Positions 9,399-19,336 of a stretch of 64,000 bases of DNA are shown here, one piece after another. Position 1 is the stretch's first letter, and every line of letters starts with the position of its first letter. The notes beneath the pieces are model-generated. The model was given only the letters and a program-made list of their open reading frames with translations, was not told the DNA's origin and searched no databases. A program made the translations under genes and the position numbers. The DNA is from Minisyncoccota bacterium (GTDB lineage Bacteria; Patescibacteriota; Minisyncoccia; Phycocordibacterales; UBA6065): NCBI GenBank assembly GCA_041661645.1, contig JBAZUA010000003.1, positions 86,841-150,840 on the forward strand, written 5' to 3'.

Positions 9399-9911
9399 AT
9401 GTCGCACCAAATTGTTCCGTCAACCGCACCTAAACCAACAATCCAACAATTAATACAGAAAGGGTATTTAAGGCTTAACTATGATGACTCTGTCCCATTG
9501 CTCGCAAGGGCCGAGCTCGCAGGCATAGATGTCAGGAATCCCAATGTCAGGTTTATGCTCAGGGAACAGGCCCTGCCGAGGGGCATCAGCTTTCTGGGGA
9601 CGTTCCTTTGCAGACAGGTCTCGTCAGCCGTCAGGCGCGTGGATTTCCTTCGGGACACGTGCCGAGAGTTTGGCGATTGTCAGTTCGCCATCATTCCCGA
9701 GACAGTGGCGTTCCTTGCCGAATACGCGCCCTATTGTGGGTATCTGAGGGTCGTCTGTGCGAATTCGGGGATAGAGAGGCTTGGTGGGGACCATGTCCTG
9801 TCAATGTTTTTCAAGCGCAATCACGACACCCAGAAGATTGACGTCTCGGTGTCCGGGGGTAACGGCCAGGGTGTCCTGAGCAGGGATGACGTCGTCCTCT
9901 TCAAAAGGTGA
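9399..9911 (+). CDS. hypothetical protein
   Basis: 170-aa ORF with genome-typical codon usage and a downstream terminator; no recognisable domain. Confidence 0.4.
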   Translation: MSHQIVPSTAPKPTIQQLIQKGYLRLNYDDSVPLLARAELAGIDVRNPNVRFMLREQALPRGISFLGTFLCRQVSSAVRRVDFLRDTCREFGDCQFAIIPETVAFLAEYAPYCGYLRVVCANSGIERLGGDHVLSMFFKRNHDTQKIDVSVSGGNGQGVLSRDDVVLFKR

Positions 9912-9921
9912 AGTCGATTTT

Positions 9922-9954
9922 TCGCGGGGTTCCCAGAAGGAATCCCGCTTTTTT
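9922..9954 (+). terminator. rho-independent terminator
   Basis: CGCGGGGTTCCcagaaGGAATCCCGCTTTTTTG. Confidence 0.75.
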
Positions 9955-9991
9955 GTAAAAAAACCCGAAAATTGCTACTCTAAGTGTCTAT

Positions 9992-12900
9992 ATGGCAGAA
10001 AACACCAATAACCCGCAGGAGCCAAAAATCAAGTCAAAGCTCGTTGAATTGGAGGCCAAGACCCTGGCCTTCTGGAACGAGAGGCAGATTTTCAAGAAGA
10101 CCCTCGCCCGAAAAGGAAAGGACTTTGTCTTCTATGACGGGCCTCCGTTCGCGACGGGCCTTCCTCATTTCGGCCACCTTCTGCCGACCACCATCAAGGA
10201 CATCATCCCTCGATACAAGACCATGCAAGGGTATCGAGTTAAGCGACGCTGGGGCTGGGACTGTCACGGCCTTCCCGTCGAGAATCTCATCGAGAAGGAG
10301 CTCGGCCTCAAGTCTAAGAAGGACATACTCGACTATGGCATAGGCAAGTTCAACGCGGCCGCCGAGGCGAGCGTGCTTCGCTATGCCAAGGAGTGGAGGG
10401 AGATCATACCCCGCATCGGGCGATGGGTGGACATGGAGGAGGATTATCGCACCATGGACTGCGGATACACGGAATCCGTGTGGTGGGCATTCAAGACCCT
10501 TCATGACAAAGGGCTCGTCTATGAGGGATTCAAGTCCATGCAGATCTGTCCGCGCTGCGAGACGACGCTCTCTAACTTCGAGGTGAATCAGGGCTACAAG
10601 GACATCACTGATATATCGGTATTCGTTCGCCTCGAGCTCGTGGGGGAGGAGAACACGCATCTCCTCGCCTGGACCACGACGCCGTGGACCTTGCCTGGAA
10701 ACGTGGCGCTCGCCGTCGGTTCCGAGATCGACTATGCCCGCGTGTCCCATGATGGGGCGACCTACATAATCGCACGCGACAGAGTCGCCGATGTGTTTGC
10801 AGGCAAGGAGCACTCGCTCATGTCTGTCGAGAAGGGAAGCGCGCTTGTGGGCAAGGAATACAAGCCCCTTTTCTCCTATTTTGACAACGGGGGTCTCAAG
10901 AATCGCGCCAATGGGTTCAAGATATATGCCGCAGAGTTCGTCACGACTGCGGATGGTACCGGCATCGTGCACATCGCGCCCGCCTTCGGTGATGATGACC
11001 TCAAGCTGGGGCAGAAGCATGACCTTCCGTTCATACAGCACGTGGGCATGAATGGCGTGTTCGTTCCCGAGGTTCTCGACTTCAGGGGACTCGAGGTGAA
11101 GCCCAAGGGTGACCATCAGAGCACTGACATCGAGGTCATCAAGTGGCTCGCCCACAAGGGATTCCTCTTCGAGAAGAAGAAGATAATTCATTCGTATCCG
11201 CACTGCTGGCGTTGTGACACCCCTCTCCTTAACTATGCCACCTCTTCGTGGTTCGTTCGCGTCACCGATTTCAAGGACAAGCTCGTGGCGGCGAACAAGA
11301 AGGTGTCCTGGACGCCGTCTGACATCCGTGACGGGCGCTTCGGCAAATGGCTCGAGGGCGCGCGCGACTGGGCGATATCACGCTCCCGATTCTGGGGCGC
11401 GCCGATACCCGTCTGGAGGGGCATCAAGAGCGGAAAGATATATCCCGTCGGAAGCATAGGTGATCTCAAATCCCTCATAAGGAAATCAGGAAATTCGTAC
11501 ACGCTCCTGCGACATGGCGAGTCAGAGTCGAACGTCCTCGGCATACTCAATTCTGAATTCCCAAACAAATACCATTTGACCAAGAAGGGCAGGGAGCAGA
11601 TATCGGAGCGGGCAAAGGCCCTTGCCGCGCAGGGCGTCGACGTGATCGTCGCGTCGGACTTCCTTCGCACCAAGGAGAGCGCCAGAATCGTCGCCGAGGC
11701 CTGCGGCATGGACGCCAAGGACATCGTGTATGACGTGCGCCTTCGCGAGTACAGCGTCGGCCCCAATCTCGAGGGTCAGGCCTGGGAGAGCATAGAGGCC
11801 GCCGTGAGGAAACACGGCCTTCAGGCCGGCATGGAGACCCCTGCCGAGCTCAAGAGGCGCGTCCTTGACGCGATGTACGATATCGACAGGAAATATTTTG
11901 GCAAGAAAATACTTGTCATAAGTCACGGTGCGCCCCTCAACACCATCCTTCATGGCGTGCAGGAGGTGCCAGGAACCGACAAGGTCTCGCACAGCGAGCG
12001 CAAGAGCTTCCAGACTCCCGCCGAGATGCACTCTTTGGATTTCGTGGCGCTCCCTCATAACGAGCGATTCGACCTTGACCTTCATAGGCCATTCATCGAC
12101 AAGGTCGAGTGTGTCGCCCCAGACGGGGAGGAGCTTGTTCGCGTGTCCGAGGTCTTTGACTGCTGGTTCGAGTCAGGATCAATGCCGTTCGCCCAGTTCC
12201 ATTACACAGGCTCGGCACTGCCTCACTTTAACCCGCGCGGCGGACTCTTCAGGAAAGCGCTCGGCTTTCCCGCCGATTTTATCGCCGAGGGGGTAGACCA
12301 AACTCGGGGCTGGTTTTATACGCTCACCGTGCTTGGCGTGGCCCTCTTTGGGAGGTCTCCATTCAAGAATGTGATTGTGAACGGCATTGTTCTCGCCGAG
12401 GATGGGCAGAAGATGGCCAAGTCAAAAGGTAACTTCCCGCCGCTTCTTGACACTGTCGACAAATACGGCGCCGACTCGCTGCGATATTTCTTTGCCTCGA
12501 GTCCCGCGGTGAAGGCCGAGGACACGCGCTTCTCGGAGAAGGGCGTCGACGAGGTGTCAAAGAAGCTGCTTCAGAGGCTCGATAATGTTCTGTCGTTCTT
12601 CGAGCTCTACGGCGATGCCAAGACCCCGATGGTTCCTGATTCCGCCCACGTGCTCGACTCATGGATACGTGCGCGTCTTGCCGAGGTCCGAGACGAGGTG
12701 ACTGCCGCTCTCGATGCCTGCCAGATAGATCGTGCCGCACGACCCCTCATGGGCTTCGTCGACGATCTCTCGACCTGGTATATTCGCCGATCCCGAGACC
12801 GATTCAAGTCCGATAATGCCGTCGATCAGGCCCTCGCCCTCGGCACCACGAAATACGTCTTGCGCGAGTTTGCCAAGATATCCGCCCCTTTCATACCGTT

Positions 12901-13483
12901 CTATGCCGAATATCTCTTCGGTCGCGTTCGCGTTGACGCCAACGAGGAGAGTGTTCACCTCGAGCTGTGGCCAAGATGTGTCACAAAAAAGGAATCCCAG
13001 AAACTCATCGATGACATGTCCGAAATTCGCCGACTCGTCACCATTGGCCTCGAGCAAAGGGCCAAGGCGGGCATAAAGGTTCGCCAGCCGCTCGCGTCCC
13101 TTTCCATCAAGAAGGATCAGTTTTGCACGGACCTCCTCGACCTTGTGAAGGACGAGGTTAACGTAAAAGAGGTTCTTCTCGACACGTCTCTCGATCAGGA
13201 GGTTGTCCTCGATGTCGTGGTCACTGACGTCCTTAAGAAAGAGGGCGTCGCTCGCGATGTCATTCGCGCGGTGCAGGATCTCCGCAAGAAGGAGGGTCTG
13301 ACGGTGGGGGACAAGGTCTCGCTTCTTTTGGATTCCGATGAGAAGGGCAAGGAGCTGGTCCATGCTTTTCTCGGCGACATAAAGAGGGTGACCCTCGTTA
13401 CGGGGATCGAATATGCCACCCTTCCTCATGTCGAGCCCCTGGCCATCGAGGGCTACTCATTCAGGCTCGGCATCAGGAAGTAA
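9992..13483 (+). CDS. ileS: isoleucyl-tRNA synthetase, type 2 (eukaryote-like), carrying an inserted histidine-phosphatase domain
   Basis: HIGH = PPFATGLPHFGH; KMSKS = KMAKSKGN; EVFDCWFESGSMPFAQ matches the yeast ILS1 segment; 1163 aa. Confidence 0.9.
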   Translation: MAENTNNPQEPKIKSKLVELEAKTLAFWNERQIFKKTLARKGKDFVFYDGPPFATGLPHFGHLLPTTIKDIIPRYKTMQGYRVKRRWGWDCHGLPVENLIEKELGLKSKKDILDYGIGKFNAAAEASVLRYAKEWREIIPRIGRWVDMEEDYRTMDCGYTESVWWAFKTLHDKGLVYEGFKSMQICPRCETTLSNFEVNQGYKDITDISVFVRLELVGEENTHLLAWTTTPWTLPGNVALAVGSEIDYARVSHDGATYIIARDRVADVFAGKEHSLMSVEKGSALVGKEYKPLFSYFDNGGLKNRANGFKIYAAEFVTTADGTGIVHIAPAFGDDDLKLGQKHDLPFIQHVGMNGVFVPEVLDFRGLEVKPKGDHQSTDIEVIKWLAHKGFLFEKKKIIHSYPHCWRCDTPLLNYATSSWFVRVTDFKDKLVAANKKVSWTPSDIRDGRFGKWLEGARDWAISRSRFWGAPIPVWRGIKSGKIYPVGSIGDLKSLIRKSGNSYTLLRHGESESNVLGILNSEFPNKYHLTKKGREQISERAKALAAQGVDVIVASDFLRTKESARIVAEACGMDAKDIVYDVRLREYSVGPNLEGQAWESIEAAVRKHGLQAGMETPAELKRRVLDAMYDIDRKYFGKKILVISHGAPLNTILHGVQEVPGTDKVSHSERKSFQTPAEMHSLDFVALPHNERFDLDLHRPFIDKVECVAPDGEELVRVSEVFDCWFESGSMPFAQFHYTGSALPHFNPRGGLFRKALGFPADFIAEGVDQTRGWFYTLTVLGVALFGRSPFKNVIVNGIVLAEDGQKMAKSKGNFPPLLDTVDKYGADSLRYFFASSPAVKAEDTRFSEKGVDEVSKKLLQRLDNVLSFFELYGDAKTPMVPDSAHVLDSWIRARLAEVRDEVTAALDACQIDRAARPLMGFVDDLSTWYIRRSRDRFKSDNAVDQALALGTTKYVLREFAKISAPFIPFYAEYLFGRVRVDANEESVHLELWPRCVTKKESQKLIDDMSEIRRLVTIGLEQRAKAGIKVRQPLASLSIKKDQFCTDLLDLVKDEVNVKEVLLDTSLDQEVVLDVVVTDVLKKEGVARDVIRAVQDLRKKEGLTVGDKVSLLLDSDEKGKELVHAFLGDIKRVTLVTGIEYATLPHVEPLAIEGYSFRLGIRK
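11492..12070 (+). other. about 193-aa histidine-phosphatase (PGAM-like, branch 1) domain inserted in-frame in ileS between ...PIPVW..IRKSG and DLDLHRPFIDK..EVFDCWFESG
   Basis: LLRHGESESN (catalytic RHG) and ILVISHGAPL (second His); flanking residues align contiguously with yeast ILS1 (GVRNITDLHRDVIDK). Confidence 0.65.
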
Positions 13484-13495
13484 GTTCCCACAGGC

Positions 13496-14038
13496 ATGTC
13501 CTATTCCGTATACAGCACTCGCGGCTTCATTCTCGGAAGCGCGCCTTCGGGTGAGGCGGGCAAGACGTATTTCCTATACACCGAGCAGTTCGGGCTTGTC
13601 CGCGCCACGGCTATCGGCGTCCGCCACCTCAAGTCGAAGCTCCGCTATAATCTCGAGGATTACGGTTTCGTCACCTTTTCGCTGGTACGAGGCAAGGAGT
13701 TCTGGCGCATCACGGGTGCGGTGTCGGAAGCGGGCGCGGGCCACGACAGTCCTACGGGGCAGGACCTGCTCCAGGCCCGCGCCCGCATACTCAGCTTCAT
13801 GAAGCGCCTTGTCCAGGGCGAGGAACGCAACGACGATCTCTTTGTGGTGCTCCTCAGCCTTTTCGCCCAAGACGCATCGACGCTCGCGACTAAAGGGGAC
13901 CTCGTTGATTTCGAGACGCGCATTCTCGCCCGCTGCCTTGCCGCTCTCGGGTACGTAGACCTGGCCTCCATTGAGGGCATGGAACAGAGGGAGATGATTG
14001 TGGCGATCAACAAGGCCCTCAGGGAGAGTCATCTCTAG
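13496..14038 (+). CDS. recO: DNA repair protein RecO-like (short form)
   Basis: N-terminal OB-fold pattern (GFILGSAPSGEAGKTYFLYTEQFGLVRATAIGVRHLKSK) resembling the RecO N-domain; shorter than typical RecO. Confidence 0.45.
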   Translation: MSYSVYSTRGFILGSAPSGEAGKTYFLYTEQFGLVRATAIGVRHLKSKLRYNLEDYGFVTFSLVRGKEFWRITGAVSEAGAGHDSPTGQDLLQARARILSFMKRLVQGEERNDDLFVVLLSLFAQDASTLATKGDLVDFETRILARCLAALGYVDLASIEGMEQREMIVAINKALRESHL

Positions 14039-14076
14039 GAACTCCGAGGGCATCTCAGCGTGATATACTTTTAGCT

Positions 14077-16014
14077 ATGTTCGAAAGTGAAAAAAAGAGC
14101 CCTCTCGACAGGCTCAAGAAAGGACTCTACTCAAGGAATGACCTGTTCGGCGATTCCCCGCGACACGACATACGTAGGATTGAGCATGAGGAAATTCCCG
14201 TGTCTTGGGAGCGAGAGGGTATTCCCGAGGAGGGCCCTGCGTCTCCGGCTCAGTCGCCGCGGCCCCTTGGAGTCCGGAAGTCATATAAGATACTTTTCTT
14301 CTCAGCCGCATCTTTTCTCCTCATCGCCCTGGCCGTCGGTGCCTTCACCCTCTTTGGGGGCAGGAACTTCGTATCTGTCGATAACATGGACATACTCATC
14401 GATGGCCCTGTCTCGATCGGAGGGGGGGAGCCTCTTTCCCTCAATGTGTCCGTCAACAACAAGAATAATGCCGAGGTCGAACTGGTTGACCTCATAGCGA
14501 CGTACCCTCAGGGAACCAAGGACCCCCAGGACCCAACAAAGGACCTGGCTCGTACCAGACTCTCTCTTGGGACCATGCCTGCGGGCACCCTCACGCAGCG
14601 GACGTTTCAGTCTCTTATGTTCGGGGAGGAGGGCTCAGACAGGGAGGTTGTCTTCACCGTCGAATACAGGACGGCCAATTCAAACGCCATCTTCTATAAG
14701 GAAAAGTCATATAAGCTCAAGCTCGCGTCCTCGCCCGTCATTGTCTCTGTCGATGCCCTTGATAGGGTTCTGAGCGGTCAGGGCACGCCCGTTACCATCA
14801 CCATCTCTTCTAACACGACCTCGGTGGTCAAGGACCTCTTGCTCGTTCTAGAGTATCCCTCGGGATATTCCGTGACCTCAGCAAACCCCGCGGCAACCTA
14901 TTCAAACAACATATGGCGCATTGGCGATTTGGCGCCGGGCGCAAAGAGAGTGATCTTCCTGAACGGCTCGATTCAGGGCGAAGACGGCGACACGAGAACC
15001 ATTCATGCGAACATTGGCATACGCAACGCGGCAAACGAACGCGAGATCGCCACGCGCGTTGTTTCCAAGGATCATTCGTTCCAGCTAGAGAAGCCTTTCC
15101 TCGGACTGGACCTTGCCCTAAACGGCGTCAGGACCGACAATGTTCCCCTTGAGGCGGGAAGGGTTGTAAGGGCCGATGTCATCTGGACGAACAACAGCGC
15201 CACGAGGATCACCGGCGCTCGCATAGAGGCAAAGCTCTCGGGCAGTGCCCTCGACAGGGGCTCGATCAACGTGACGGGCGGATATTATGATTCGAAAATA
15301 GACACGATCATCTGGGAGGCGGGAAGGGTTTCCGGTCTCGATGCCATCACTCCCGGCGATACGAATCGCGTTGGCTTCACTTTCGCCTCGAAACAGGTGG
15401 TTCCCGGGAAACCCCTCATTAACCCCTCCATGTCCGTCGTCGTCACTGCCCGCGGCAACCGCGTCGATGAGACGGGGGTTTCGCAGGAGGTATCGACCGG
15501 GGTCTCTCGCTCAATCAGGCTCGTATCGAACCTTTCCCTGTCTTCCCGAATCCTCCGGTCCCAGGGTCCTTTCAATAACACAGGCCCTATTCCTCCGAAG
15601 GTTGACCAGGAGACGACCTATACCATCGTATGGACAGTGACTAACACTTCGAATAGTATCAATGACGCACGGGTCACGGCGACGCTCCCGCCCTATGTGT
15701 CGTGGGCTGGCGCCGTAAGCCCTGAGGGTGCGGATGTGACCTATAATCCGACAGGGGGACAGATAACGTGGCTTGTGGGATCGGTTCCCCAGAACGCGGA
15801 TGTGGGCTCAGGCGCACGCCAGGTGGCCTTTCAGGTCATCCTGAGGCCTAGCCTGACCCAGGCGGGATCAAGCCCCGAGGTTATCGGACAGAGCCTGATA
15901 GCCGGGACGGACTCTTTCACGGGAACGAATCTCACCAACTCGGCCCCGGGCCTCTCTACGGTCACGACGACGGATCCTCTCTGGCAGGATGGGCAGGGGG
16001 TAGTCACGAAATAA
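14077..16014 (+). CDS. hypothetical membrane-anchored surface protein with repeated beta-rich extracellular domains
   Basis: Cytoplasmic N-terminus, one TM helix (ILFFSAASFLLIALAVGAFTLF), about 550-aa extracellular region rich in T/S/N/V with repeated domain-like segments. Confidence 0.45.
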   Translation: MFESEKKSPLDRLKKGLYSRNDLFGDSPRHDIRRIEHEEIPVSWEREGIPEEGPASPAQSPRPLGVRKSYKILFFSAASFLLIALAVGAFTLFGGRNFVSVDNMDILIDGPVSIGGGEPLSLNVSVNNKNNAEVELVDLIATYPQGTKDPQDPTKDLARTRLSLGTMPAGTLTQRTFQSLMFGEEGSDREVVFTVEYRTANSNAIFYKEKSYKLKLASSPVIVSVDALDRVLSGQGTPVTITISSNTTSVVKDLLLVLEYPSGYSVTSANPAATYSNNIWRIGDLAPGAKRVIFLNGSIQGEDGDTRTIHANIGIRNAANEREIATRVVSKDHSFQLEKPFLGLDLALNGVRTDNVPLEAGRVVRADVIWTNNSATRITGARIEAKLSGSALDRGSINVTGGYYDSKIDTIIWEAGRVSGLDAITPGDTNRVGFTFASKQVVPGKPLINPSMSVVVTARGNRVDETGVSQEVSTGVSRSIRLVSNLSLSSRILRSQGPFNNTGPIPPKVDQETTYTIVWTVTNTSNSINDARVTATLPPYVSWAGAVSPEGADVTYNPTGGQITWLVGSVPQNADVGSGARQVAFQVILRPSLTQAGSSPEVIGQSLIAGTDSFTGTNLTNSAPGLSTVTTTDPLWQDGQGVVTK

Positions 16015-16024
16015 GGAAAACAAC

Positions 16025-17419
16025 ATGAACAAAGAAAAAACAGAAAAGACAGACACCATGGAAAATCTCATATCCCTCCTCAAAAGGCGCGGATTCATAT
16101 TTCAGGGATCGGAAATCTACGGAGGTCTCGCCGGAACCTGGGACTACGCGCCCCTCGGCGTCGCCCTCAAGAACAATGTAAAGGGCCTCTGGTGGAAGAG
16201 GTTCGTCACTGACCGTGACGATATGTATGGAATGGACGCTGCGATACTCATGAATCAGAACGTGTGGAAGTCCTCCGGGCATGTTGCAGGATTCGCCGAT
16301 CCTCTCGTCGAAGACAAGAAGACCAAGAAGCGATTTCGAGCGGACCATCTCCTTGAGGAGGCGGGCGTAAATCCAAAAGGGATGTCACTCGATCAGATGT
16401 CATTGGTCATGAAGGAGAAGGGTATCAAGAGCCCTGATGGCAACGAGCTTTCTGACGTGAAGCAGTTCAACATGATGTTCAAGACGCATGTCGGCGCCAT
16501 GGAGGACGAGACGGCCATATCATATCTTCGTCCGGAAACGGCCCAGGGTATGTTCGTCAATTTCAAGAACATTCTCGACACCATGCATCCAAAGCTCCCG
16601 TTCGGCATGGCCCAGATAGGAAAAGCATTTCGAAACGAGATTGCCCCTCGTGATTTCATATTCCGCACCCGCGAGTTCGAGCAGATGGAGATCGAGTACT
16701 TCGTCGACCCAAAGAACTGGGAGGCAACCTTCGACCATTTCGTTTCTCAAGTTCACGCGTACACCGACGACGTCGGCCTTCCCAAGGAGACTGTGCATGA
16801 GCTCGAGATAGCGAAAGAGGACCTCGCGCACTATTCGAAACGCACCATCGACTTCGAGTTTGACTATCCTTTCGGCAGGAAGGAGCTCTATGGACTCGCC
16901 TACAGAACGGACTTCGACCTCAAGGCTCACAGCCAGGGAAGCAATGTCGACCTCTCGTACTATGACGAGGAGTCAAAGGCTCGCTTCGTCCCTCATTGCA
17001 TCGAGCCATCATTCGGCGTCGATCGAACCGTGCTCGCCGTACTCTCGTCCGCGTATCGCGAGGACGAGCTGGGCGGCGAGAAGCGTGTCTACCTCAAGCT
17101 CTCTCCCAACGTCGCGCCGATAAAAATAGCGGTGTTTCCACTTCTCAAGAACAAGGAAGCCCTCACGGGCAAGGCCCGCGAGATTCACGCCGTCCTTCGC
17201 AGGGAATTCGGCGCCGTCCAGTACGACGAGACCGGATCCATCGGCAAGCGCTATCGCAAGCAGGACGAGATTGGCACGCCGTTTTGTGTCACCATTGATT
17301 TCGAGACCATAGAAAAAGACGGATCATTCGTCACCGTTCGTGATCGCGACACGGGTGCGCAGGAGAAGGTAAAGCTCGCCGAACTCGTGTCATACCTCTC
17401 GCAGAAGCTGGGAAGGTAG
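16025..17419 (+). CDS. glyQS: glycyl-tRNA synthetase (class II, alpha2 type)
   Basis: N-terminus RRGFIFQGSEIYGGLAGTWDYAPLG; class II motifs; C-terminal anticodon-binding domain. Confidence 0.9.
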   Translation: MNKEKTEKTDTMENLISLLKRRGFIFQGSEIYGGLAGTWDYAPLGVALKNNVKGLWWKRFVTDRDDMYGMDAAILMNQNVWKSSGHVAGFADPLVEDKKTKKRFRADHLLEEAGVNPKGMSLDQMSLVMKEKGIKSPDGNELSDVKQFNMMFKTHVGAMEDETAISYLRPETAQGMFVNFKNILDTMHPKLPFGMAQIGKAFRNEIAPRDFIFRTREFEQMEIEYFVDPKNWEATFDHFVSQVHAYTDDVGLPKETVHELEIAKEDLAHYSKRTIDFEFDYPFGRKELYGLAYRTDFDLKAHSQGSNVDLSYYDEESKARFVPHCIEPSFGVDRTVLAVLSSAYREDELGGEKRVYLKLSPNVAPIKIAVFPLLKNKEALTGKAREIHAVLRREFGAVQYDETGSIGKRYRKQDEIGTPFCVTIDFETIEKDGSFVTVRDRDTGAQEKVKLAELVSYLSQKLGR

Positions 17420-18052
17420 GATCCTCTCTAATATTTAAAATAAAAAAACTCCCCAGTGACCAATTATGTGGTATGGGGAGGAAAAACAGCCTCTGGCTGG
17501 TTTTCTAAGTTTACTCTCGTAGGCATCAACGATTTACGACAACTCCTGCAGGAGTCGATGGACGTCTTGTTCACCAGTTACCAAACTTTAAGCTGTGAAC
17601 AATCCTAGACGGTTGAACGTCTGTCGTTGATATTTTCCTACTACCTGAGCGTTATGCATACGAAACCAGAACCTAATCAGGCATCGCGTTCCCAGGTTTT
17701 TCCTTTCAGTGTGCTGTGTCTCTGTTTTTACCCTAACTGTCGTTTCTTATTAGGGTACTGGCACTTGTCTCTACTCATCCAATCGAGAAGGCTTTACGCA
17801 TAAAGCTTGGCGCATATCGATATCTCCAGATTATCGACGGCCTTGGTTCTCTTCATGGAACGTCTGAAGCATCATCAGAAATGCTTTTCATATATATCTT
17901 AACATGAGTAACTAGCAAAGTCAAGGATTTATGGCGGATTATTTTTGAGATGCCCCAAAGACGGCTTTATACAACGCTCATTAATAGTTAGAGTCATTCC
18001 GTTTTTTCTGCTAATGTGTATCTACGGTAATTAAACTAGACTTATAAACGCA

Positions 18053-19324
18053 ATGAAACACACCAAAACCATATTGGACAATGGCGTCCGCGTCATCACT
18101 GTGCCCATGGAGGGGAACCCGACCGTAACCGTCATGGTGACGGTGGGTACGGGTTCGTATCACGAGGAGGAGGGGGAGTTCGGCCTCTCGCATTTTCTCG
18201 AGCACATGTGCTTCAAAGGCACGTCCAAGCGACCCACATCGCTTTCCATCACGACCGAGCTCGATGGCATGGGCGCAATCTACAACGCCTTCACCTCAAA
18301 CGAGATAACGGGCTATTACGCCAAGGCCGACAGCAAGCATTTCGACCGCATCGGCGACATTGTCGTCGATATATACAAGAATTCCATATTTCCCGAGGCT
18401 GAGATCGAGAAGGAGAAGGGCGTGGTCTTGGGGGAGATAGACATGTATTCTGACGAGCCCCAGGAGAAGATTTCGGATGCCCTGCGCGAGTTCATGTACA
18501 GGGGACAGGTCGCGGCTCGGCAGATATTAGGCACCAAGGATACCGTTCGCTCGTTCACCCGGGCGGACATACTTCGCTACAGGGACATGCAGTACAAGGC
18601 GCAGAATACTCTCGTCACCATAGCGGGCGGAGTTTCCGAGGATTTCATGTTGTCTTTTGCCCGATCAGCCTTCGGTGACATGTCTTCTGGCGAGGCGCGG
18701 GCTGAGTTCAAGACCGTCGACAGGGAACAGTCTGGCCCCGAGACGGTCTTTCTCGAGAAGGACACTGATCAGGCCCATATGATTCTGGCCTGGAGGACAT
18801 TCGACCGTTCCCACAAGGAGCGCTTTGCCGCCCGCATCGTGAACGCCCTTCTCCGCGGGGGAATGAGCTCGAGGCTTTTCATAAAGCTGCGCGACGAGAT
18901 GGGTTCCGGATATTACATAGGGTCCGGACATGAGACATACAGCACCTTTGGCCAATTCCACATATCTACGGGTACGACCGCGGAGAGGGCTCCTGAAATT
19001 GCTACCGCCATAATTGGCGAGGTGAGACGTCTTCAGGACGAGGTCGTGCCGCAGGGCGAGCTCGAGAAAATAAAGGAGCTCATCAGGTCCCGCGTCCGCA
19101 TGTCCCTCGAGACTTCTGACGGGGTTGCCGATTTTTTTGCCGAACAGGAAATGTTCGAGGACGCGGTGCGCTCTCCCGAAGAGCTTGATGTCGTCCTCTC
19201 GTCTGTTACCGCTGAGGATGTCATTCGCGTCTCGAAAATTCTCTTCGACCCGTGCAGGCTGACCTTCGCCGCCATAGGCAAGGGCATAGACAGGGAAGCG
19301 GTTTCAAAAGCAATCGCAGCGTAG
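18053..19324 (+). CDS. M16 family zinc peptidase (pitrilysin/insulinase-like)
   Basis: Inverted zinc-binding motif HFLEH followed by a downstream Glu (LEHMCFKGT...E). Confidence 0.85.
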   Translation: MKHTKTILDNGVRVITVPMEGNPTVTVMVTVGTGSYHEEEGEFGLSHFLEHMCFKGTSKRPTSLSITTELDGMGAIYNAFTSNEITGYYAKADSKHFDRIGDIVVDIYKNSIFPEAEIEKEKGVVLGEIDMYSDEPQEKISDALREFMYRGQVAARQILGTKDTVRSFTRADILRYRDMQYKAQNTLVTIAGGVSEDFMLSFARSAFGDMSSGEARAEFKTVDREQSGPETVFLEKDTDQAHMILAWRTFDRSHKERFAARIVNALLRGGMSSRLFIKLRDEMGSGYYIGSGHETYSTFGQFHISTGTTAERAPEIATAIIGEVRRLQDEVVPQGELEKIKELIRSRVRMSLETSDGVADFFAEQEMFEDAVRSPEELDVVLSSVTAEDVIRVSKILFDPCRLTFAAIGKGIDREAVSKAIAA

Positions 19325-19336
19325 TATGATTGGGTC

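Noticed and set aside
10034-13429. Long minus-strand ORFs inside ileS (10034..11203, 11522..12085, 12659..13429)
   Set aside because: Antisense to a gene with unambiguous HIGH/KMSKS motifs; no independent signals.
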